Positions 38,660-53,065 of a stretch of DNA of 64,000 nt are shown here, one piece after another (position 1 is the first letter of the stretch; the number at the start of each line of letters is the position of its first letter). Source of the DNA: Mytilus californianus (taxonomy: Eukaryota); NCBI RefSeq assembly GCF_021869535.1, contig NW_026262582.1, forward strand, positions 45,570,001 to 45,634,000, read 5' to 3'. The position numbers were made by a program, and so were the translations under genes. The notes under the pieces were generated by a model. The model did no database searches, was not told the DNA's origin, and saw nothing but the letters and a program-made list of their open reading frames with translations.

Positions 38660-38802
38660 ATATGTTTAGCTAAAGTCTTCTGAAATAGAAATAAAAAAAT
38701 ATATATCTAACTCTGACTGTGTAATAATATTTGGAATTATAGGAAATAGTTGAACGAGGTATAGAACCTGTCACACTTCAACTGGTTTCTGGTGGTATTA
38801 TT
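38660..38802 (+). pseudogene. Inverted partial copy of the RidA 106-bp exon, unit B
   Basis: 38758-38802 on the plus strand encodes GIEPVTLQLVSGGII. Confidence 0.85.
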
Positions 38803-40514
38803 TGAAATGTAATAACACGGTCAGATTCAAATATATTTCTGTTTTTTTTGTTTTTTTTTTTTATTTCAGAAAACTTTATCTTAGTATATATATTATATTT
38901 GGTATTTTTGAAGGGACTAACATTTAATATCTGGGCGGAGGCATGAGGATTTTAACAATATCTACAATTAAATATTTATATTAACAGCGCTTTAGCCTAT
39001 TTAATGTGTTTTAATACTCTTTCATGGCTGTTCATATCTATCTATTTATTCCAAGAATAAGAATGAGTTTTTATTCAAAGAAGGGTTAAGGCTCTCATTT
39101 GTAAAACATTTTGCAATACTCGGAGTACAAAATATGTGCTCAAAACACCAAAACCAGTATTTTGATATTTCTGAGTCTGTGTACGATAACCGTGCGGTTT
39201 TTTTATGACCACAAGGCCATGTTCCAGGTTGTTCTGACTTTCATTTGCGCTCATAATAAATTTTTCTATTTTTGCCAATTCAGGCGAACAAAGATAAGAT
39301 GACACTGCATACGATATAATGTAGCTTTTGCACATCGAGAAAAGTCGGGAAAACAATCAGATTAATCTTCGTTGAACATTCCTATTGGTGTCACAGTGCA
39401 TTTCAACTGTTATTTACAAATATTCTATTAGGACGGATTGTAGAATATGTTAAATATCTCCAAAATTAACATTTTATAAGAAGGTCATATGTGAGTTAGT
39501 GGATTGAGTTTACAGAATAGAGGATTGTGGAAAATAAAGAATGGAGGATATCATGGATTTTGAGCCATAGAAATCAAAAAGAGAGAACAATGGGCGGAAT
39601 TTACAAAACAAAAATAAAGGTCCAATCCAAAAGTTCCCAAAAAGTTCCTTCCGCCTCTCACAAGTGCTTTCAAATATTTTACATTCACCTTTCTATTCCA
39701 GAAGAACTGTCACGTTGAAAAGTGAACACATAAATGATACATATGACACGAAAAACAGATATGACAGACATAAACCTACGACAACCACTAAATTGTCGCT
39801 CCCAATTTGGGAAGGATATATAAAAAAAAAAAATGGGCATGGTTCAACATGTTTGTGATTGCTGAAAAAAACTAAAAAAATCCCCTTCTGAATGAGAACA
39901 TGCAAACAAACATTAAAAAATCAGTCGGAAATGACTTGAACCATCAGATCTGCTCGAAGTACAAAAAACAACTGAAATCAAGACAAAAAACACAGAGTAT
40001 CGATCAGAGTTCTTGTAGTTACTGCTAGATAGTTTGTAAACAAATTATACATCTATCACGTTCTGCCAGACTAGAGTTTCAATCATTAAACATCCAACAG
40101 ATTTAGTGCAAAGACTTCAGAAACAATCTATGATGTTTACGATCAGACACTCATTTAAGAACATACTAATCTAGAATGAACACATGTTTAATAAAGGAAT
40201 CAATAGATGATTGATTGATAAATTTTTAGTTGTGTTCAGAGGCAAATATGTTCATGCATATTCAGAACAAAACCACATTAACACCAATTTTGCAAGGTGA
40301 TTTGAGAGTTTCGACTGCATTTTTATTTTCAAAGCTGCTCCTAGCGGCAATTGTACGACAATATTATTCTCCCAACCATCTTCCTCAAACTAGTTTTCTT
40401 TATTTATCGTGACTATTTTTTCTTTTTTTTTTATTTTTGACAGATTTCTTGGATTATGTTTTTATTTGTTTGTTACTTTGTGGTATAATCATTTAGTTTT
40501 GAGTAATACATTAC

Positions 40515-40606
40515 CTGAAAGGTAAAGGGATTATTGGAGCTTTGTCTGTTTCAATTATTTTTTTCGTAACTGGTTTACAGTATGGTTTGTGTCTCGAACA
40601 CGGTGT
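40515..40606 (-). CDS. RIDA: RidA copy B, 92-bp exon (TPCSRHKPYCKPVTKKIIETDKAPIIPLPFS)
   Basis: ttcgttttgtttcag|...ag|gtaatg; frame is open and phase-compatible. Confidence 0.85.
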
Positions 40607-42615
40607 CTGAAACAAAACGAAGAAGCGACATAAGTACACATATTAATAGATATTGCTACATTTTTTTTTATATGGAACACTATTACTGTATTTTTTTTTT
40701 ATTTTGTCATTTTTATAGACTACCACTTTTTGAAATTGCCTTGGAGTTCGTTATTTTTGTCATACTTTTATATGGTAATGTTTTTGATGTGGAACCACAT
40801 AAAATGATATAATAAAAGTACATATTATCAAAAAGAAAAAGAAAACAACTATATTATATCGTACAAAATCACTACCTTAGACAGTAATGGGGTTCAATAT
40901 TTGTGTAATTATATTTAATCAACTCGGATTTATTATTATGTTGTTGTAAGCGAATATATATGTCATAATATATCTAAAAGGAAAATGGGGATGCAAATGG
41001 AATATCAAAAGGGCTTTTAAACAGTTTCTTCCTGATTGGCCAACTTTTATCAAATTACAGGTAAAAAAGGAATGAAATTGTGCGGGACAATCGGGAAGAT
41101 GTTAATGGGACAATTGGGAAGTATAAATATTGGACAATCGGCAACTTGTGTGATAGTCATTTATTAGTGTAGCATATATTTATAGATAATTAATCAATGT
41201 AACTTATTAGAATTGAAATAAACATGCAGAAAAGTTGGTATTTACATACTTTATTTTGTTGATTGATATTTAGTTAAACTACCTTTCAAATTAAGAAGAA
41301 TAATAGCTGAAAGCATGTGTAACCCATCTCCAGCTAAGGGGTTAAATTAAAGGTCACATGAATACAGATTCAATGAGTTTAAATTATCGACTTGCAAGTA
41401 AATAATACATCAGCGATGTTTTTGTGACTATTTTTATAAATTTGGTCCAAACTGACGGCTTATAACGAAATATTATTTTCAAATTCCACTTTCATTTATA
41501 CTTGAAACAAAAAGAACCGCATATTTAATTTTGATTTGAATCGTAGCTTTAAGCCCTTAAATTTTCGCTACTTTTGAAATTATGAACAATTTAATTCAAA
41601 ATCTTAGTATGTTTTAACTTCACAGAAGATAAAATGGACTCCAATAACATAAATTGTAAATTGAACAAAAAGACAATTGAATATTTTAGAAGAATCACAG
41701 ATAAAATTGGAATAATAGATGTGTTTAGAGAAATAAAAAGATATAAGAATAATTTCACATGTTACAATATTTCGAAGACTTGTTATTAAATTGGCAGGTT
41801 TTAGGCTAATTATAAATATATTCATGAAACAAAGAAATAAAACATATTCCACATACAAAATCTGATCATAAAATTGTTTTCAAGTAAACTTTCAATTCAA
41901 GCGACACGAATGGGGAAAGATTGTTTGGAAAAAAGATTGATAAGAAAATCCTTCAATAAAAAAATCATCAACATAAAATCAAATGATTTGCAGCCATGTC
42001 AATTGTAAAGATATATGGTCTGACATGAACAATATAAAATGCAATTATCTCACAGGACAGACATCCGTTCATCTTTTCCAGTAAAATTAGATATGTTATA
42101 AATGTTCAAAGCACACTGGTGACATTACTAGGACACATATACATTCTTCTTAAGAGAGAATATAGATTCAGTCATTGTCCTCTAATAATTTAAATCATGT
42201 TAATTCAAATTATAAGATAAAAGAATTCTTATGCATTTGTAGCTTTGTGATTGCATTTTTTTTCAAATCAGTCTCAAATTCTCTTCAGTTTGAGTACTCA
42301 TGAATACGTAAAGAAGAAAAACAAGGTCGTGCATGCTTTCAAAATTTAAATTCAAACATATAAAGAAATATTCTAATGCAATTATTTTGTATCAATGGTT
42401 TTGATTGGATGACAATAAGCGTTAAATTCTCTATCTCCCTGTCTGTAACTAAGGAAGCCGACATTTTGAATTCTGGAATGTATTGACACGTAATTTCTCC
42501 AATAATACGCAAAAACAAAACTCGCATTTGCACCTAGAAATCTTCTTTTTATCAAATTTTATTACATTTTGAGGCGGATAAGAAGCCAGAAAACGCCCGG
42601 TGTTTACGTTTGACA

Positions 42616-42638
42616 CCGGAAGCATACCTATGACGTCA
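42616..42638. promoter_or_regulatory. Adjacent ETS (CCGGAAG) and CRE (TGACGTCA) consensus sites in a CpG-richer patch
   Basis: CCGGAAG at 42616-42622 and TGACGTCA at 42631-42638. Function is unproven. Confidence 0.3.
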
Positions 42639-42750
42639 CCTAGTTTAGGCGCCAAAGAAGATAACATGATTTCGCGGAATTTTCGTTCAATGAAAATTTT
42701 ACAATGAAATAATGACTAAAATTTCATGATTTGTTTATTTTGCATTAGAA

Positions 42751-42864
42751 AAGAGATAACTGTATTGTATTTGAAGCTTTGCCGATGTTCATCGGTAGTT
42801 TTACTGTCGCAAATATCCGTTTACCTGTCTCCGCAAAGGTTCAAATACAATACAGTTATCTCTT
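42751..42864. mobile_element. 114-bp miniature inverted-repeat element
   Basis: 32-bp arms at 42751-42782 and 42833-42864, with one mismatch. Confidence 0.75.
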
Positions 42865-43700
42865 AGTTCTCTGGGTTGTGGTAGTCTCTTTTCAACTTGC
42901 TATTTGTTTTATAAATAACCTTAAATTATAAATACTTATTTTGCATAGGAATATCCCTGTAAAATGTTGCATCTTGCACAATAAATCATTGATAACGTAA
43001 TCAATTGTATTTGCAACTGGTTTGGTTAAGTGAATTTGAATATATCACGAGCCAGGTGATGTTTAGATAACAAAGTTTTTTGTTTAAAAAAACTAAATAC
43101 TTGATAGATAATTAAAACTCGCAAGTTGATCACAGACGACCAAAACATGCTAAAAAAAACAATATAGAACGTTTCTCAGAGAGCTATAAGTATACGGCAA
43201 ACCGAATTACCAACAAAAAATAACTATGTTTCACCTCATCAGTCTTTGTTTCAATACTCAAGGCAACAAAAAGAAAAATAACGGAAATACAGAACTCCAA
43301 GGAAAATTCAAAACAAAAAGTCCCTTATCAAATGGCAAAATCAAAAGCTAAAACACATCGAACGAATGGAAAACAACTGTCATATTCCTGACTTGGTACA
43401 GGCATTTTCTTATGTAGAAAATGGTGGATTTAACCTGGTTTTATAGCTAGCTAAACCTCTCACTTGTATGACAGTCGCATAAAATTCCATTATGTTGACA
43501 ACAATGTGTGAACAAAACAAACAGACATTAAAGGTAAAAATGTCAAAAATAGGGGTACAGCAGTCAATATTGTGTTATAATCTTAATCGCTATAAAAACA
43601 AACAAATATGTCAACAAAGAAAAACAAAATGGCATATAGACAAAGCACATAAGAAAAAATGAAAGACTACATAACTTGCGTTATTTTTAGTTTTTATATT

Positions 43701-44619
43701 TGTAGGACTCAAATCTATGATGGGTTCCAGATCTATGGCAAATATGAAACAATCGCCATACATATCCAAGATCTATGGCAGGTTTTTTTTGTCATCTCTA
43801 AATCTATGGAAGATTTTGAAAATTTGAAACACCTAATGCGTTGTTCGTATACCGACTTTAACATGTTTAACTTACTACCAGCTTTTTTCGTTTCCTTTCG
43901 ACACTACAACGGGTGCCGCATACAGTGGTTTTTGTTTTCCTTATACTGACTTGACACGGTTGTACGGGCTTACTTTTCTGGAGCACCTGATCTTACTTCT
44001 CGTTTTTTTTTTAAATTCGCATTGTTCATGCTTTGATTTTTGTTGTTTTCGGTGTTTGTGTTTTGTGTGTGTTTCCCCTCCTTGTTTTCTTGTCCTTGTT
44101 TGTGTTTCTGGTGTTGCTTTGTTCATCGATTGTACAAATTTTTACTGTAATTTCGGTTTGCGTTTTTGCTTTTCTTCCATAACTTTAGTTATGCTATGCT
44201 CGTTTCCTGTTTTCTTTTATCCCTATGGTACTCCTGAAATTTCTTAACATAATTTACAGCATTTTTTAACTATATTACAGCGACTACCTGTTCTATTGTA
44301 GCAAGTTATCGTTTTTAGAATTTGGAAACTAAAACAACAAAAAAATAACTATTTACATCATTTTCAGCTCTATTTATGTCAAAAACCTACTGAAAGTAAG
44401 ATTTCCTGAGAAAGCCACTTGTTTAAGGCAAGTCATTGGTCAGATATGTATTGACTTGTCCTCCATTTGCAGAAAATCTGCCATAGATTTGGGACTAGAA
44501 AATCTGCCGTAGATAAGGACTTAATATCTGCAAAACATTTTGAATGGCATGAGTTCATCTTTACTATAGATTTGGAATCTGTCCTAAATTTGGATCCCAT
44601 CATGGATGCGAGTCCTACA
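43701..44619. mobile_element. ~920-bp TIR element (MITE-like) with aaatctatggca subterminal repeats and nested repeat fragments
   Basis: tgtaggactcaaatctatgatgggttccagatcta at the left end versus the reverse complement of the right end tgtaggactcgcatccatgatgggatccaaattta (29/35). Confidence 0.6.
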
Positions 44620-45310
44620 TATATATAATAAGCAAAACATTTGTCTTTAACCAGTCACCTACTGGTCTATTTGAATCATAGTTGTATACTTCACTGCATC
44701 ATAAGTGATTTGATATTGGCATATCATTCTGTTATTTTCAATATTACAATGTATGCTTTATAAGTGTTTCTTGTTTCTCGTTTTTTACATGTTTTATATA
44801 AATTAAACCGTTGGTTTTCTTGTTTGAATTGTTTTACACTTGTCATTTTGAGGCACTTTATAGCTTGCTGTTCGGTGTGAGCCAAGGCTCCGTGTTGAAG
44901 GCCGTACTTTGACATATAATTGTAAACTTTTTATACATTGTGACTTGGATAGAGAGTTGTCTCATTGGCACTTATACCATACTTATACTTATACTTTCTA
45001 TGTATGTTGGCGTTTGTTTTTGTTGCACTTCGGTGTTCCTATTCTTCCTTTGTTTTTCTCTTATAGTTGATGTGTTTCTCTCGATTTTGGTTTGTAACCC
45101 GGATTTGTTTTTTTCTAAATCTATTTATGACTTTTGAACACTGGTATACTACTGTTGCCTTTATATACCACATCTTCTTATTTATATTTATAACTCAGTT
45201 TGGAAAAATTAAAGTTTAAGCATTTCCAATTCAATTTCTGAATATGCATGCAACATTCACCACTCGACTTAAAGTAAGCAACAATCAATTAATCAATTAT
45301 GTACACTTAC

Positions 45311-45334
45311 CTTTCTTCTTCTGGTCTGGTTAGG
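45311..45334 (-). other. Candidate 24-bp micro-exon
   Basis: Near-consensus sites ttctcctttgtgcttttcag|cctaaccagaccagaagaagaaag|gtaagt. The parent gene is unknown. Confidence 0.4.
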
Positions 45335-48300
45335 CTGAAAAGCACAAAGGAGAAGCAAAACTACTAGAACATGCCTCATTGTTCAAGTTTAATAACTATT
45401 CGGACAACTTCTTAAAACTTTACTGACATCATAACTGGTGTACAGTATGACAACTTATTCGACAATTGACATGACTAATATGTTCATTTGGATGTGACAT
45501 GATTTTTAAATGAATTTGTTATATGAAAAAGCTATTAACAATTTACGAACTTGAGGAAGAAACAAATGTTAATTTAAGGGAAGACGTTTCATTTTGACAA
45601 TTTAAAATTGATATTAGCTACACGAATTAATAAATGTAAAATAGTATGGTCACATCATGGTGTAGAATCTATTTTGGAACGGTGTCCGATTAATAGGCAT
45701 GTAATATTCAAAATCAATTGAAGAAACGTTTATGATAATATCATAGGTACCTTTTTGGAACCCCTGTACAGTTATAACTTCACACATATGTTTTATTTGA
45801 AAGTGCAAAAGGTAACTTATAAATTTAACCATTTTAATACGACGTTTCTAGAACAAACTTAATGTAGTACAAATGTACTTAGTACTATTTTGAAACCACG
45901 TAGATATTACAATTTTACAACTAAATCATGCACTGTACAATATTTAAGATTTTTTTTATATTTTCCATGTAAGCCTTAAGCTAAGGTTTTGGTATTTGAC
46001 AGGATGAATAAACTCATCATATGCATTGTTTACTTTTCTATGCAAAAAAGCTAGTATATATTTATAATAAGATATCGTATTTGTTTTCATATTTTCTGGG
46101 ATAAAACGAAAGATTAATCAACTGAATTGATCCCAGATGATACCTGGGGCAAAGGAAATAGTCATACGCTTTTAATCTAAAGGGTACTAATTCTCCGCAA
46201 AACTGTGCGGGTGCATAAGTAGGCAGCCAAGTCCTGTCAGCTGTGATGAGTTGTCCAGGGGGCGTGTCATGCACTCTGTGCATTAATCAAACATTAAAAC
46301 ACCTCTTTGAGAGAGCTTTAACGTGGACGGCCTGTATAAAAGACAAATGTCGCTGCTATTAAACATATCCTCATATTCGAGTATCAATCCAAATGCTTGC
46401 CATTGATCAAACATTTCCGACTTGACCACTTTGCAGACCCTCACGTATTGCATACGTAGTTAATCTCTACTTGTTCTCATACTGAATATACATGGATAGC
46501 TTGTCGCAGAACGGTAGATCAACAATAATCAATCAACAACTGAACCGACAGAACATATCGCCAAATGTAGAAGACAGCTTATATTCTACGTTATAAAAGA
46601 AAAGACAAAAGATATCAAAGGAACATTTAAATTCACAAGTCTGAAACAAACTGACAAAGTCATGGCAAAACACGAAAAAGACCATAAGACTAACAACGAT
46701 ATACAATACACAACATACAAAACTAAAGACTGAATAACACGAACCCTACGCAAAGTCAGTGATGATCTCAAGTGCTCCGGAAGGGTAGGCAGATCCCGTT
46801 TATATAGAGTATCGAACAATGGCAATCAATGAAGAAATCAAATGTGCACGGATGAATGATCAAAAATACCAATGAAGAAACATGCAATAAGGAATTGCCG
46901 TCAAAGCTCTTTTGTTTTTCAATTAATACCATGGTGTCATTAAATTTAATTACACATAGAAATGAGAATGGAAACGGGGAATGTGTCAAAGTTTTAACAA
47001 CCCGACCAAAGAGCAGAAAACAGCCCAAGGCCACCATAACTGACATCATAAGCGAGGTTTGAATTTCGGCTAAGTCTGTTTTTACCAAGCTTAATGTTGA
47101 AATAAGAAAACAAAATCGTGAAAAAGCGTGTCACCTTTTTTATTAATTATTTGAAGGCAATATTTTTCAACGTGGCTGCCTAATTATACATCTCGCGAAG
47201 TCTTTAAACCCTTAAGATGGAGAAACTGAGACACATTCCTAAACCACGGTGTGTCTTCTGGGATCAGTTCAGTTGTTCAGTTGTTGAGTCCGTCACTTTA
47301 TCTCAGACAATATGATAAAAAATGCGCTTAATAATTTTGTATATCATATATGCCAGCTATTGGCATAGAAAAGTAAAAAGCGATTTTTTTATTGATTGTT
47401 TATGCATTCTGTCAAATACGAGACCCTTAGGTGTAAACTTACGTAGAGATAAAAAGAAAATCCGAAATATTGTACAGTTCAAGATTGTCATTATTTGGTT
47501 TTACAAATTTAATATCTACATGTGTTACATATACTTGTAGTATTAAGCAACATATGGACACATTTTGTCCATTTGAGGAATGACAACAAAAATTTAAGAT
47601 TCTCAATGTTTGATTGAGAGAAGAGACGAGACGTTATGTATAAACTCCGCCATTAGTTAAGCACCACTCATGTTTTAAATAATAGGAAATTTTCAAATCC
47701 AAACAACTTTTTTGAATAACAGTCAATCGTGTTGACACTGGTAGAATTAAATGACACTTTGTGTAATACAAAAAATATTAAAAAAAAAGTGTTTTTATGC
47801 TTTCTGCTTTCAGTTTTCCGTAAAGAAACAACAAGTTAAAATTACAATAAAAAGTTTGGTTATCATTTTCATTAATTTCAAATGATGATACAATTTTCAA
47901 CCTCTCGTAAAACAATCAAGTATTCTTTATCGGATCATTAAGGTTAATAATGTTAATATTGTGTATAGCTTCTGGGCATCCGTTGTAGATTTAAAAATTG
48001 TCTGTTCATTCCTTACCCCAGTCGTCGTAGCTTATAACGTGGAAATATCTTTGCTCTGCATTCCACAGCGACCCTCAATTCTGGTATTGTTGCATATGTT
48101 GGTTGTTTCTGGTTCAGTTTGCGGTCGTTACGGTCATACATGTTTACATGGTTCATTTGGGTTCATATCAGTTGCCATGACCGGCTCTCGAAAAGTGTCA
48201 ATTGATTCCGAAGTCAAGTGTGCGTCAACAACTCGTGCACGATCAGGTCTTGCATTGTCATCTTGACTGGTCTTTCAGATAACACTTGATTTTCAAAATG

Positions 48301-50983
48301 AGGCGATACAATGGTGTTCAGGTTGTCATCCCGGAATCTCTGTCTATTAAGATGCCGTCAATAACATGCATTTCAAGCTTACAGTCATGGTAAAAACACC
48401 GCCGCCACCAAAAAATGTTGTACCAGGAATATTATTGTTCCGATATAAGCTGTGTTTTCCCCCAAAACACGTGTTCTGCTCAAAAACTGTAAAGCAAAAA
48501 ACTCATAAGACAGATTTTTAAAATCTGTTTTTGAACAATTATAATTTGGAAAATAAGTCAGAAAATCAGATAAAAAGATACAACACTATAACAATGTTTT
48601 CCTCCGAGAATCCGGTGTCCAATTAGATGAATATGCTTATCATAATTAAATGAGAAGTGTGGAATGGTATACACATGATACTGTTATTGACTGGGTTTGA
48701 TGTCAACAGCTGTTTTGTTTGATCCCAAAACTGATCTGTTGTCCGAAGCGGTTCGTTCTGAGGGTCAAACCACGGCTGTTGACCGCAAATGCAGTCTATA
48801 ACAATTTTGGTATATAACCACCCTATATGCAGTTTTATTTGTCATTCCGTTACATATTTTTGCCGTAAAAGAGGCTCAAATTATAAAAAAAATGCTTTGA
48901 AAATTAATACAGCTGACCAAAAATCTATACCATTTTCAATTAGTACAGAAACAGACAGTTTACTTAAATAATATGAGTTCTTCAAATTCATTTTAAACTA
49001 AAAAAAATTACCACCAGAAAGGTACGTAAAAATCCTTTTAACTTTTGTTTAGTTACGATGGGCTTTTTAATAGAAATCTTGATGATATTTCTGATTTTCG
49101 TCTAAGTACTTAACCTATGCTCATGTAATTCATTTATAAAAAAAAACACGGGAAGAATAAATCCGACCTTAAACAGTTGTTACAAAACCTGGATGCTGCA
49201 AAAGGAGAACTCGTCATAAGTGGTAGTTCGTCGTTTGTAATTTAAATATTACGGAAAAAAACAATAGTACGTGTTCGCTGAATAAACTATTACTTAATAA
49301 AAATAAAGGGCAATCTTATTGAAAAGAGATTCCAACAGGTATAATAAACTTGTTTTCTTGCTTACAAAAATGTAATGTCGAAAGACATTTGGGACGACGG
49401 AAAAGCTTGATCGATCATTTGTGCATTTGCTCCCTCAGGACCCGATGTTTGAAAGTCTTTGATCCATTACTAAATTATACTAAGTCCAATATTAAGTTAT
49501 ATCTAGAAACGTCGAATGCAAATGATTTAATTGAAAACTTTCCTTTGTACTTTGAAATGAAAAACCTTAGCGATGTTAGGGGACATTTATTTGATATTCT
49601 GTCAGGGAAAGGGTTAGGAGTATTTTTTAGAATTCACTTTTCATTTGCATCTGTTGCAACGCATGCTCATTCATTTCTGCAGAAAATCAATTTGCACTTT
49701 TGTACACGATAAAATGCTGTATTTTGTGTTGCACAATATTTATTTTCATCCAAGATAATGCGAGATTATTTAAATTCATCACTACAATACAAGGATATTC
49801 ATTTTGAAACCCCCCCCCCCCCCCCACCCCCTCCCACCCCCAGCAGAAAATCAAGTGGTTCTCCCCTGATAAAGGGGATACAGAAGGCTAACTTGAAGAT
49901 TATTTCTGAAACTTTTTTTAAATCGATTTGAAACATCACATGGTTATATATTAGACTTTTTTTCTAAATTAGATTCTAAATGCTTTAAACATGATATGTC
50001 AAAACAGATTTTCGTCAAAATGAAACGTCTTTCTCTGAATTGACTTTTTTTTTGTTAATTTTTAAATTGTTAATAGCTTTGTACTTGATACAATAATATA
50101 ACGAATTCTTTGGGGGATAACTTGTTAATCAAAATATGATATATAATGTTACATCTGTTGGTGATTTAAAGTTGTCGAATTAGTTGTTAAACACTAGCAA
50201 TGAGGTCTGTGCTAGTAGTGTTGATTATCGCTTCCGCAAGTCAGGCAAGTAATCCTTACCTCAGCAGAAGAAGTAAGGTAAGTATTTTTAGAAGCTGTAA
50301 TTGACTGATTGATTGATTGTTACTTGCTTAAACTCCAATAGCAAATATTTCATGCATATTCTTTAAACTTTAACTTTGACTAACTGTAATAAAAAGCGTA
50401 TTGAAAATAACAGATACATTATGTCGATATCAAATCATCTTATAACGCAGTAAAGTCTACAACAATGATTAAATTATGTATACCATCCAATTGTCCAGTA
50501 AATTACAAAATATTTTATTATTTACGGACTGCTTTTAAACAAGTACTATCTTTAACAATATATCTGACGCATTCAGATGTGAGCATAGAGTTTGAAATAA
50601 ACCATGGATCTTTCATTTCTTTATCAGGTTTTTTTATCATAGCTAAAACATTGAACACAATTTGACGGCTAAAGCATAACGGTCCTGAACTTTGAGTGTA
50701 TGCGCTTTTCTCAAGGGGAATCAAAATATACACTGGTACTTAGTTAGGTATATATAGGTATAGATAAAGAAGTTAATATACAGAAACATAAGATATTATT
50801 AGATAACAGTCTGTAATGCATAACAAGCTTTTTAGAACCATGAAGAAATGTCAAATATAAATATATGTCAAGCACAACTTTAACAATTAGAGATACAATC
50901 TACTTAGTATTTCTGCGTGTATATCGAGGACGGGACGCCAAAGGGAAGTTATCTATATAATACAGCTTTTAACAAATAATTAA

Positions 50984-51586
50984 AGGAGTAGGGGCTATGA
51001 TTGCCAAAAATGGCCCCAGATTTACGAAATAACAAACATTTAAACTGATCATATTTTCATATGATTTTCATTAATTATAAAAACTAGAGTGAAGGATTTG
51101 AAAAACACTTTTTTTATCTAACAAAAAAGTTATATGATGTCACAATGGTGAGCGTAAATGACGTCATAATCAGGAAAATAAGCAAAAATAAAGAAACTGG
51201 GGTGGTTTTCCTTAATTTTGACCACCGCAACATGCTTACACCAATTTGAAATTGTAATATTTAGACAAGTTCATACATATTAAACCTCAGATAAAAATAC
51301 TTTTGGCGCAAGTTTGGTGCGATAGTTTATTTAATATTTTTTCATAGCCAAGCAGCGCAATAAAACGCAGAAATTTTACTATACAATGCAACCAATTCTT
51401 CTGTCAAAATTTAATCTATACATGCTTATGCCTTTATATATTTGACCTTTTCACTTATGAATTGGAAACATGAATTTCTATTATCATTTTTCGTAAGTAT
51501 ATTTATTTTTAATTTAAAAAGAAAACAATGAACTATACATAGTGTAAGGGAGTCAACGATGATTTGGAGAAAAAATTATATTCTCC
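50984..51586. mobile_element. TTAA-flanked non-autonomous DNA element (Kolobok/piggyBac-like ends)
   Basis: TTAA at 50980-50983 and 51587-51590, with short imperfect aggag/ctcc termini. A similar end lies at 16325-16352. Confidence 0.35.
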
Positions 51587-51899
51587 TTAACTAGAAGATA
51601 GACATATAATTTAACAAAATCTGAACATTTTTAATGTTTCTGCTTATCTCAATTCTTAATTCCAGAAAACAGTATAGAATATAATAAAAAAAAGACTTAA
51701 ACGATTTTATGCTAAATATTTAAATAAATCATGAGAAAATTGGGATTCATTTTTTATCACACCACTTGGTTTCATGCTTTTAAGTTCTGAAGTTTTTTCT
51801 TGTGAATAAATTGTCACTAAAGGAGTTGTATCAACAAGAATAATAGACAGATCGACAGACAGTGTGATTTCTATTCTTTTAATATGTTTATTATGCAAA

Positions 51900-53065
51900 C
51901 ATTACAACAGAGAAATACCTGGAGGGACCAACAAATCTGCAAAAAAATCATCTGAACCAAACAAAATTCGGACTTGATCTGTAAATTGTCATGGTTAAAC
52001 TGTATAACAATATCAAATCGGTATCTTCAAGCATAACAATAAAAAGTGCGGAAAACTGATTATTTGGGTGAATGTTCTAAGTCCGAGGACCATAACTCTG
52101 GAAAAAATCTTCCGAACCGAACAAAATTCAAAATGGATCTGTAATTTGTCATGGTAAAACTTCATGCCAAATATCAAATCAATGTCTTTAAGGTAGCACT
52201 CCACAATAAAAAAATAAAATTAAAATTGAACCACAAAATGTTTAATCATCTTCTATTCCTGCCTTTCTTATACATTAAGCCAACTGTTTGTGTCATATAT
52301 GTGCATATTTTATGTAATCAGTATCTTCCATAGATTTGATTTTCAAAACTTAAAATGGTGAAGTATAATTAATTTTTGTGTGTATCCATGGCAAGATTCT
52401 GCATTTATTTACCATAAAATATTGCAAAAAGGAGATAAAATGTCATATATCCCCCCAAAATTTGGTTCAAACTAGAATTTCAATCCCTTTGAGTGATACA
52501 TTTTGTAAAACAATTGACATTAATTTACCAAATGCGCAAATGAAAATTGGGTATCTTTCTCCTCATTTTTTCGTAAAATGTAATCACAAAGTTCGTGCGA
52601 CAAACGTCCGGTCCAATGTCTGGTATGGATATGAAAATACGGACTGTCAAACAGAAAACAGCCTATAATACATACATTACACAATCTTGTAAATAAACCA
52701 ACTGTGAAGGCTATATTGATCGTCAGCTACCAAAAATGAATTTTATTGTACACTAGCTTTCATATTTAAAAAATCCACAAGGGCCAAAATGCAAAACTAC
52801 ATACCTAACTCTGGAGTGCTACATAAGCATGACGAAAATAACTGCTGAAAACTGATTACTGGCGTGAATTTTCTAATTCCAAGTGTAAAAAAATTATTAG
52901 TCCAGTAAAAATACCAAACTTAGTCTGTAACTGGTCATGGTAAAACTATATACCAGATATCAAATCAGTATCTTCAAGCACGAAGTTTGGAAAATTGATT
53001 TATTAGACTGACGTACGAACGTAGTGCAAACCTTAAGTCCCTTTCAGCTTTGCCAGTAGGGAAAT
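51900..53065. mobile_element. Helitron/Helentron-type non-autonomous element with a tandem core and a 3' hairpin-like end
   Basis: Repeated cores (aacaaaattc…gatctgtaa.ttgtcatggt.aaact) at ~51960, ~52120 and ~52915. Ends in aagtccctttcagctttgccagtaggg. Confidence 0.45.

Larger units (their letters stand above)
20683..41744. repeat. Tandem segmental duplication, unit B
   Basis: Starts inside the FREP exon, immediately after unit A ends (…agaaataaaaagatat|gataat|gcgatttaaagg…). Ends at the same …agaaataaaaagatat at 41744. Confidence 0.92.

Noticed and set aside
43215-43250. Minus-strand ctgatgaggtgaaacatagtt as a minimal hammerhead
   Set aside because: The core words are present, but stem II is absent and stem I does not pair at its first position; likely chance.
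46118-47276. Inverted match caactgaa.tgatcccaga between ~46118 and ~47260 as element TIRs
   Set aside because: The match is short (~25 bp), with no TSD or defined ends visible.
49810-49842. Poly-C tract as a functional G-quadruplex
   Set aside because: It is a simple homopolymer-like run, common in such genomes, with no supporting context.
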